DNA of 64,000 nucleotides, taken from Tubulanus polymorphus (taxonomy: Eukaryota > Animalia > Nemertea). The position numbers were made by a program, and so were the translations under genes. The notes below the pieces were generated by a model. That model searched no databases, was not told the DNA's origin, and saw nothing but the letters and a program-made list of their open reading frames with translations. The DNA is taken from positions 8,184,001 through 8,248,000 of the forward strand of contig NC_134031.1 of assembly GCF_964204645.1 (NCBI RefSeq). Direction: 5' to 3'. Each line of letters opens with the position of its first letter. The stretch's first letter is position 1. Shown piece by piece: positions 58,601 through 64,000 of this stretch.

Positions 58601-61600
58601 AAACAAATTTCAAAATTATTTCAATTTTTTGCCACATCTTTTGACATCACACACAAAAATCGCGGTGGTTTATAGTATCCTAATGGATATATTTGTCAGG
58701 TTTGATCAGTAAATAGTGTCATTTCAAAAATGTCAGTTATGTGTGTAGGCATTAACTAGACAATATTTGGGTATTATCATTCAAAATGCTCTCCAAAATC
58801 AAGCAATTTTTTTTTCAAATCCCCCTCCCTGATCACTGAATAAGTAATGAATTCACTGTTTAAAGAAAAAATTTTTTTAAAATTTTTCCCACCTACGCAA
58901 ATATTTCAAGTCAATCAAAACCATAAACCAACTTATAATATTTAAAAAAAAACGCCTTAATCGGTGGACGTACTGGATAAATACAATGAGACAATAGTAC
59001 TACATAGTGTAACTGGTGTATTTGACAAACAAGCTTTCACTTGTAGTCAGTCTATCGTAGTATCATCAGGTGAATGAGCTCATAAGTGCTCATAGGCTGA
59101 AGATCAAAACTGTCTGGCTCGTAGAGGCTGCCTCGAGGAGCGTATATTACACGACACACAGCACACAACAACCACTACCAGCTCTGCTCGCTGGACTACA
59201 TACTGAGGAAGCAGCGTGCAATGACAATTCTCAGCTATATCATCGCGGTATTGCGTAGGGGCAGCCGCGAATGTATCGCAACGTGCCACAAAACAATGTA
59301 TGTTTATATGCTTAAGAAATCTGGTCTATCTATTCAGTGTTCAATTATGCAAAGTAGTAGGCCTATAACCGCAGCAATTGTACGCACATCAAAATACAAG
59401 TTGTTTTCATCAATATAACCTCGGGCATGCCAAAAATGAATATTAGAAATATGTTGAAATGAAGTTATATCTTAATAGATTACCCATAAAACTAAGACAA
59501 ATACAGTTGCCTCTTTAGTTCTAGACATCGCGGCATAGTACACTAAACGCGATCCCAGCGACACAAAATTTCCCATGCCCCACCCCACGAAAATGAAGGT
59601 ATTAATTAATAATCCGCCAAGATAACTCTCTGCTCACCCACCCACTAATTATTCATGAGAAATTTCAGCATTTATGGCACAGATGTTCAAAAGGTAACTC
59701 TTACATTTTGAACCATTTCAATAAGTCTGTCTACGCTTCGACTGAAAATCAAATCAAGGAGGAACTAGGGGTACAGGGACACTATGCCCACTTGGGAAGT
59801 GGTTCCAAATGCTCAACAATCTAACAATTTCAATATTCAACGCCCCCTGGTGACCATATACAAAAACCAATGCGAAACCTTGAAACTCACCACAATCATA
59901 GAACATGTCAGCAGCTACGATTTTGTAATTGATTGTGATAACAAAATATGCCTCGTTACCAATTTAATATGGAAAAACTAAGTTATTCTACTATTTAACG
60001 CCCCTGGTGACCATATTCAAAACCCAATGACCTCGAAACTTACCACATTCATAGAACATGTCATGAACTACAACTTTGCAATTGATCATGGTAACAAAAT
60101 ATGCCTAGGTACCAATATAATAAGGAAATACTAAGTTATTCTACTATTCAACGCCCCCCTGGTGACCATATAGAATAACCAATGTCCTTAAAAATCGCAA
60201 CAATAGTAGATGATGTCATGAGCTACAACTTTCCAATTGATTGTGGTTACAAAATATGCATAGGTACGAATATAATATAGAAATGCTAAGATATTGCATT
60301 ATTCAACGCCCCCTGGTGGCCATATACAAAATCCAATGACCTTGAAACTCACTACAATCATAGAACACATTATGAGCTACAACTTTCTAAATGATTGTGG
60401 TAACAAAATAGGCTTAGGTATCAATATAATGTGGAAAAACTTTTTCCCACTTACGAATGAGTACTGGTGACACCAAGATGGCCGCCAATTGCGTCATAAT
60501 TGGCTGATGAAAAATACCTGTCTCAGGTATAAAACATCCCTTTCCAAAGAATACCCATCACAAATTGCAATGAGAAATGGTAAACCAGTAGGAAGCTACA
60601 GGACTCAAAATTCGGGCCAATATTAACATTTTTGGGCACTTAAAAGGCCATAGGACGGCCATCTTAAGTCTGATCGACCCAATTTTTGTTATGCTGATGG
60701 GCCCTGGGGGGATTCACATATATTCGAAAGATCAAGGTAATTGATCAAAGCATCTTGGGGTGCTAAAAATGGGGTGAAGGTAAATGAATTTCAAAATTTC
60801 AAATTTTTTCTATATGATCTTTTTTAATCCAAAAAGTTCCCCAATCATGTAACTTGAACCCGAGGCCTTTGACAGATAACATTGTTTTATTTGCCAAATT
60901 GAACAATGCAATTGCTGGCACGCAATTTGCTTCAACTATGTTTCGATTTTGACTTTAATGCAAGTGACGATTCTTGATGTTCAAATGATTAAGACTGCCA
61001 TGGGTAGAAATATCAAATGAAACATCATTTATTTTGTTTAAAACTATTGGTACCTTTGGATGTCAGAGTTTTGTTGAAATATAATACATTAACATTCACT
61101 AATGGATACAAAATAACATTAAAAGACTCACTTTGGGTCTAACTTGAGACGTTTGAGTTTCTGAAGCACTTTTGCATCTGGATAACTAACAGAACGTTTG
61201 GAACGTGCATCTCCTGTCAAGACTTCTGAATCAGATTTATAATCCTTTGTTGCATCGACTGGTTTTTTACGTGGTGATGACGGTAAACTATCCATGTCAC
61301 TGTGCTCCGACAACTAAAAATCATATTTAACAATAATATTGAATATTGAAAACATGTGACACTACAATATAATCTATCAGAATTCCTGTGCATCAGATTT
61401 CAGATGAAGCCATGAAATTCCAAAAATATTTTTTCCATTTAATCTAAAGGTCGCGATCTCCATATTTCACGGTTTTAAGTAAATCCTCCTAATAACAATT
61501 CCTTGAAGCAGGAGAGTAACTTAATTTTTGCAATTAATTCTATAAAACAACTCATTGTCGAAAAATATTTACACATGTATGGCAGTGAAATCAAACCCAC

Positions 61601-63941
61601 TAGTGTCCATTTCGAGCTCTCCCAGTAGTAGATATCCCACACCTGTGATCATTATGCGCATGCAAACCATTGTAAGCGGAAATCAAATTTCAATTAACAT
61701 CTGTGACTTATATGTCCATTCAGTCAGATGAAAACAATCTAAATCCAAGCATAACATCGAGAAATAATACAGTCAAATGTCAAAGTCATGATCCTGTTAT
61801 CATACCACAGTCAGTGGGAAACAATAATTTTTGATAACATGCCCGTTGATGTCTTTGAAACCCCTTAACCTATAAGCCAAGCCACCCACAGCCTATTACT
61901 CCTCAAGCCGTTGATTCATTATGGAGTCAAGTATCACATATTTGCTTGATCTACCAAAAATTGTACGAAAAAGCTCCAATGTCTAGACTAGCAGAAACTT
62001 CAAACCATTCTTAGTTGAGGGCAAAATTGTATTTCAGTATCAGTTTTCGAAATTCATTGTTTACTTACAGCAATGCTTAGCTCATCTTCTGTGTTAATAT
62101 CAATTGATAATGATAGGTCATCAGCTGGTTCATCTGCTTTCTGTTTGATTTTTGCTTTCACCTGTTGAGTAGACTGCTTCAATTTTTCTAGTTCCTGCTG
62201 TTGTAACCATAGAAACTTGCGTTCCTTTCTTGCCATCTCCTGCGCTTCACGTAGTCGCTTAATCTCACTCTGAAAAACAATACAGTAGATGATTGACAAA
62301 AATTGCATCCTCGGGGCATAATTTGGAATCTGTAATAAGGATATTCTTGGTAAGGAATCATACATGGTACTTCTTCCTTTAATGACAACAATTTATGTGG
62401 GTGAATCAATGGTAGATCACAATATCCGTGATAAAACGATACGAGTAAAATCCCACAATAAAAGAATTAGATGATAAAATGTTTATTAAAACATATAAGA
62501 AATATTTCGGGTGGTTACTACCACCCTTCTTCAGTCTAAAATGACTTGCCAAATACAGTATTAATACATGAAATATGAAATATTTTATCATCTGTTTCTA
62601 TTTTATCATCTAATTCTTTTATTGTGGGATTTTACTCGTAATTTATGTGGGTATGTGCTTTTTCTAGAAGTTTTGTGCATTTTTATTGATCAGGACAGGT
62701 AGCCACTAATTTATATCTAAATCATGAACTGGTATATAAATCTAATTGATTTATTTATTCAAATATGTATTTTTTGTTGGTTATCACTTCAACTATCAGC
62801 ATCTGAAAAAAATCTAACCTTCTCTTGTTGCATTCTTTGAATGATAATCTTCTGTTTTTTTTTAATAAGAGGATAAGCATCATCAGCCCTTTTATCTTTT
62901 ATGTTACGAGTCTGTTGGCTCAGCCAAGCCAGTTCAGCTTTAGTTTTTTCACGCAATGCTTTCTCTCGCAGCTTCAGCAGTGCAGCCTGAATGAATAAGA
63001 AAACTTTGTCAGAAAATAGCGTTACTGGCTAGTTTATACTCAACTTAATTGTTCCCTGATTATTTTCACATTTTTTCTATTTCCTACGATAAGTCATTGC
63101 CCAATCAACATATTGTCTTTTTTGAGACGATATTCCAACACAAATGGAGCAGTCATTTAAACCATCCCTGAGATCCAAGTGTATGATATTATGATATCGA
63201 ACATCAAAAATTGAAACATAATCTAACCACCCGACAACATGAATAATGCACCAACTTCCATTGAAGTAGTAGAAGAAAAAAATATGCTGAATTATTTCTT
63301 AAAGTGCATGTGCTGTATGGACTGTCTGCTTCTAACTAGACTAAACTTAACCATATTCATTACTAGTGACCCCATAACTAGAAATTTTCAAAATTGCTCC
63401 AGTATTGGCAGATTAACCCATTAGCACTCAAGCCGCCCGTATCCGCCCGTCTTTTACTCCTAAATCCGCCCCAGCACTTTTTTCGTATGCTGCACGAAAA
63501 CGGTTATAGTGGGATTCCAACCCAATAGCTTATGATAACCTACGGGGGGGGGGGGCCAAAAGGACACGATTTTGAGTGGCCCACCTCATCAAATCTTACA
63601 TCATACGAAAGCCTTGATTATTTACTACAAAATAACACTAACTTGTAATGCATGAAAATAAACAGCAAATAAGCTATTTGGTATCGTGATGATCTTGGAT
63701 TTTACCTTGAATTTTCTGAGGAGTAATTGATGCTACATAGTGAAATTCCTGAGTGCTAATGGGTTAAAGAGGTTTTAGTAGTGGAGAAGTTAATGGGATA
63801 CCAAATATGATACCTGATGTTTTGCTCTCATTTCCTCTTCTTTCATGTACTGCTTTACCATTTCAGATGTGAACTTGCTGAACTCATTTTCTCCGTGGAA
63901 AGGAACACTAACATCATCAAGTGTTAACTTTGAACTTCCAG
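40697..63941 (-). CDS. CEP350: Centrosome-associated protein 350, 3' part (14 coding exons; 5' exons lie beyond the right edge)
   Basis: Phase-consistent GT-AG exons in transcript order: 63814-63941, 62819-62986, 62069-62269, 61132-61313, 57837-58089, 57486-57706, 49070-49326, 48378-48547, 47665-47899, 45831-47471, 45124-45434, 43446-43694, 42109-42330, 40697-41032. Recognisable blocks: FSKFTSEMVKQYMKEEEMRAKHQAALLKLREKALREKTKAELAWL, SDQSDVEGRVRAL...LKAQEASLKKQ, a CAP-Gly domain, and C-terminal DDILVQELQEEEPDWVNYDDDELAVKMQLADSIFESLL (DUF4378-type end). Confidence 0.93.
41481..41725. mobile_element. Palindromic MITE in the last CEP350 intron
   Basis: ~80-bp inverted arms AGTTGTGCAGTCCAG...CTCGAAAATTGAG / CTCAATTTTCGAG...CTGGACTGCACAACT. 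Confidence 0.75.
42963..43428. mobile_element. pogo/Tigger-like MITE
   Basis: TA|CCGTATTTTCC ... GGAAAATACGG|TA; ends 17 nt from the CEP350 exon boundary at 43446. Confidence 0.72.
43918..44981 (-). mobile_element. Helentron-associated (HINE/DINE-1-like) element, apparently full length
   Basis: Subterminal inverted repeat GCCCACTTGGGA (43942-43953) / TCCCAAGTGGGC (44964-44975); stem-loop at 44945-44977; GACG/GACA microsatellite near 44915-44930; three ~155-bp core tandem units; short hairpin and CTAG|TT at the minus-strand 3' end; T-run flanks. Confidence 0.75.
45831..47471 (-). CDS. CEP350: CEP350 large internal exon (1641 nt) encoding the CAP-Gly domain (~46255-46460)
   Basis: IGDYVMIGGVRAGVLKFKGQTAFAPGYWAGIELDHPDGTNSGSKDGVEYFRCKPDHGIFAP is a typical CAP-Gly signature; acceptor TTCCAG| and donor GAAG|GTAAG. 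Confidence 0.92.
47970..48238. mobile_element. Non-autonomous DNA transposon with 6-bp TSD
   Basis: Termini ..TGGCCACT / AGTGGCCACTCTG, TATTAA on both flanks, TTCCCTG repeats like those in the 11065 element. Confidence 0.6.
50335..50700. repeat. Dispersed repeat, copy A
   Basis: Shares CATCTTTTGACATCACACACAAAAA, CTAATG.ATATATTTGT and TTCAAGTC.ATCAAA blocks, in the same order, with 58480-58990. Boundaries approximate. Confidence 0.6.
53540..55292. mobile_element. Foldback-type non-autonomous element with ~500-bp terminal inverted repeats
   Basis: 53540-~54040 is the reverse complement of ~54791-55292 at high identity (ORF-track entries 53504..53791 and 55041..55316 mirror each other); ~750-bp spacer without a long ORF. 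Confidence 0.88.
55444..57098. mobile_element. hAT-like non-autonomous element with 6-bp TSD
   Basis: Termini CAGAGCTGCCAACC / GGTTGGCACTGTG, AGTATG on both flanks, subterminal GGGAC(A) repeats at both ends, internal (CATTTCAG)n and a ~45-bp duplication (55665, 55718). Confidence 0.62.
58480..58990. repeat. Dispersed repeat, copy B (AACTAGAGG start, possibly Helentron-type)
   Basis: Colinear with 50335-50700; starts with AACTAG like the HINE copies. Boundaries approximate. Confidence 0.55.
59763..60756 (-). mobile_element. Second, 5'-truncated copy of the same Helentron-associated element with four ~155-bp units
   Basis: Colinear high similarity to 43918-44715; units start near 59838, 59996, 60149 and 60304. 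Confidence 0.78.
62403..62640 (-). mobile_element. Short palindromic insertion carrying a hammerhead, probably derived from a Penelope-like element
   Basis: Perfect 41-bp inverted arms (62440-62480 / 62600-62640); flanking direct repeat ATTTATGTGGGT (62391-62402 and 62641-62652); hammerhead followed by AATAAA (62482-62487 on minus). Confidence 0.7.
62492..62543 (-). ncRNA. Minimal type I hammerhead ribozyme motif (Penelope-like element type)
   Basis: Minus strand reads CAUUUUAGA-CUGAAGA-A-GGGUGGU(AGUA)ACCACCC-GAAA-UA-U-U-UCUUAUAUG: both core boxes, a perfect 7-bp stem II, palindromic minimal stem III (AUAU) and stem I paired at 7 of 9 positions. Confidence 0.72.
63417..63763. mobile_element. 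piggyBac-like MITE in a CEP350 intron
   Basis: Perfect 14-bp TIR CCCATTAGCACTCA with TTAA on both flanks. Confidence 0.85.
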
Positions 63942-64000
63942 CTATGAATATGAAAATCATATATATCCATGATCACAAAAATTTCAGAAAATTTAGAACT

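Noticed and set aside
59838-60420. Regularly spaced repeats superficially like a CRISPR array
   Set aside because: The whole ~155-bp unit repeats with no unique spacers, the context is a eukaryotic intron, and there are no cas genes.

Overview
AT-rich animal genomic DNA with GT-AG introns, probably from a marine invertebrate (species not determinable here). Three protein-coding genes are supported: (1) the first coding exon of a castor/CASZ1 zinc-finger transcription factor on the minus strand (6028-7141; the rest lies left of the window), with about 24 kb of non-coding DNA upstream; (2) a complete 8-exon LRRC23 on the plus strand (31609-36752, 351 aa); (3) the 3' 14 coding exons of CEP350 on the minus strand (40697-63941), convergent with LRRC23. 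Introns hold many non-autonomous transposons: piggyBac-, Tc1/mariner-pogo- and Harbinger-like MITEs, elements with 6-bp TSDs, a 1.75-kb foldback element, Helentron-associated elements and tRNA-derived SINEs. Best leads: short palindromic insertions with 12-13-bp target duplications that carry minimal Penelope-type hammerhead ribozymes (one nearly intact and sense to the CEP350 pre-mRNA, one with its core overwritten); Helentron core repeats with a CTCF-like motif every ~155 bp; a possible bidirectional CASZ1/LRRC23 promoter with RFX X-boxes; and a uORF-rich CASZ1 leader. All calls were made by eye from the sequence; no database search was run.
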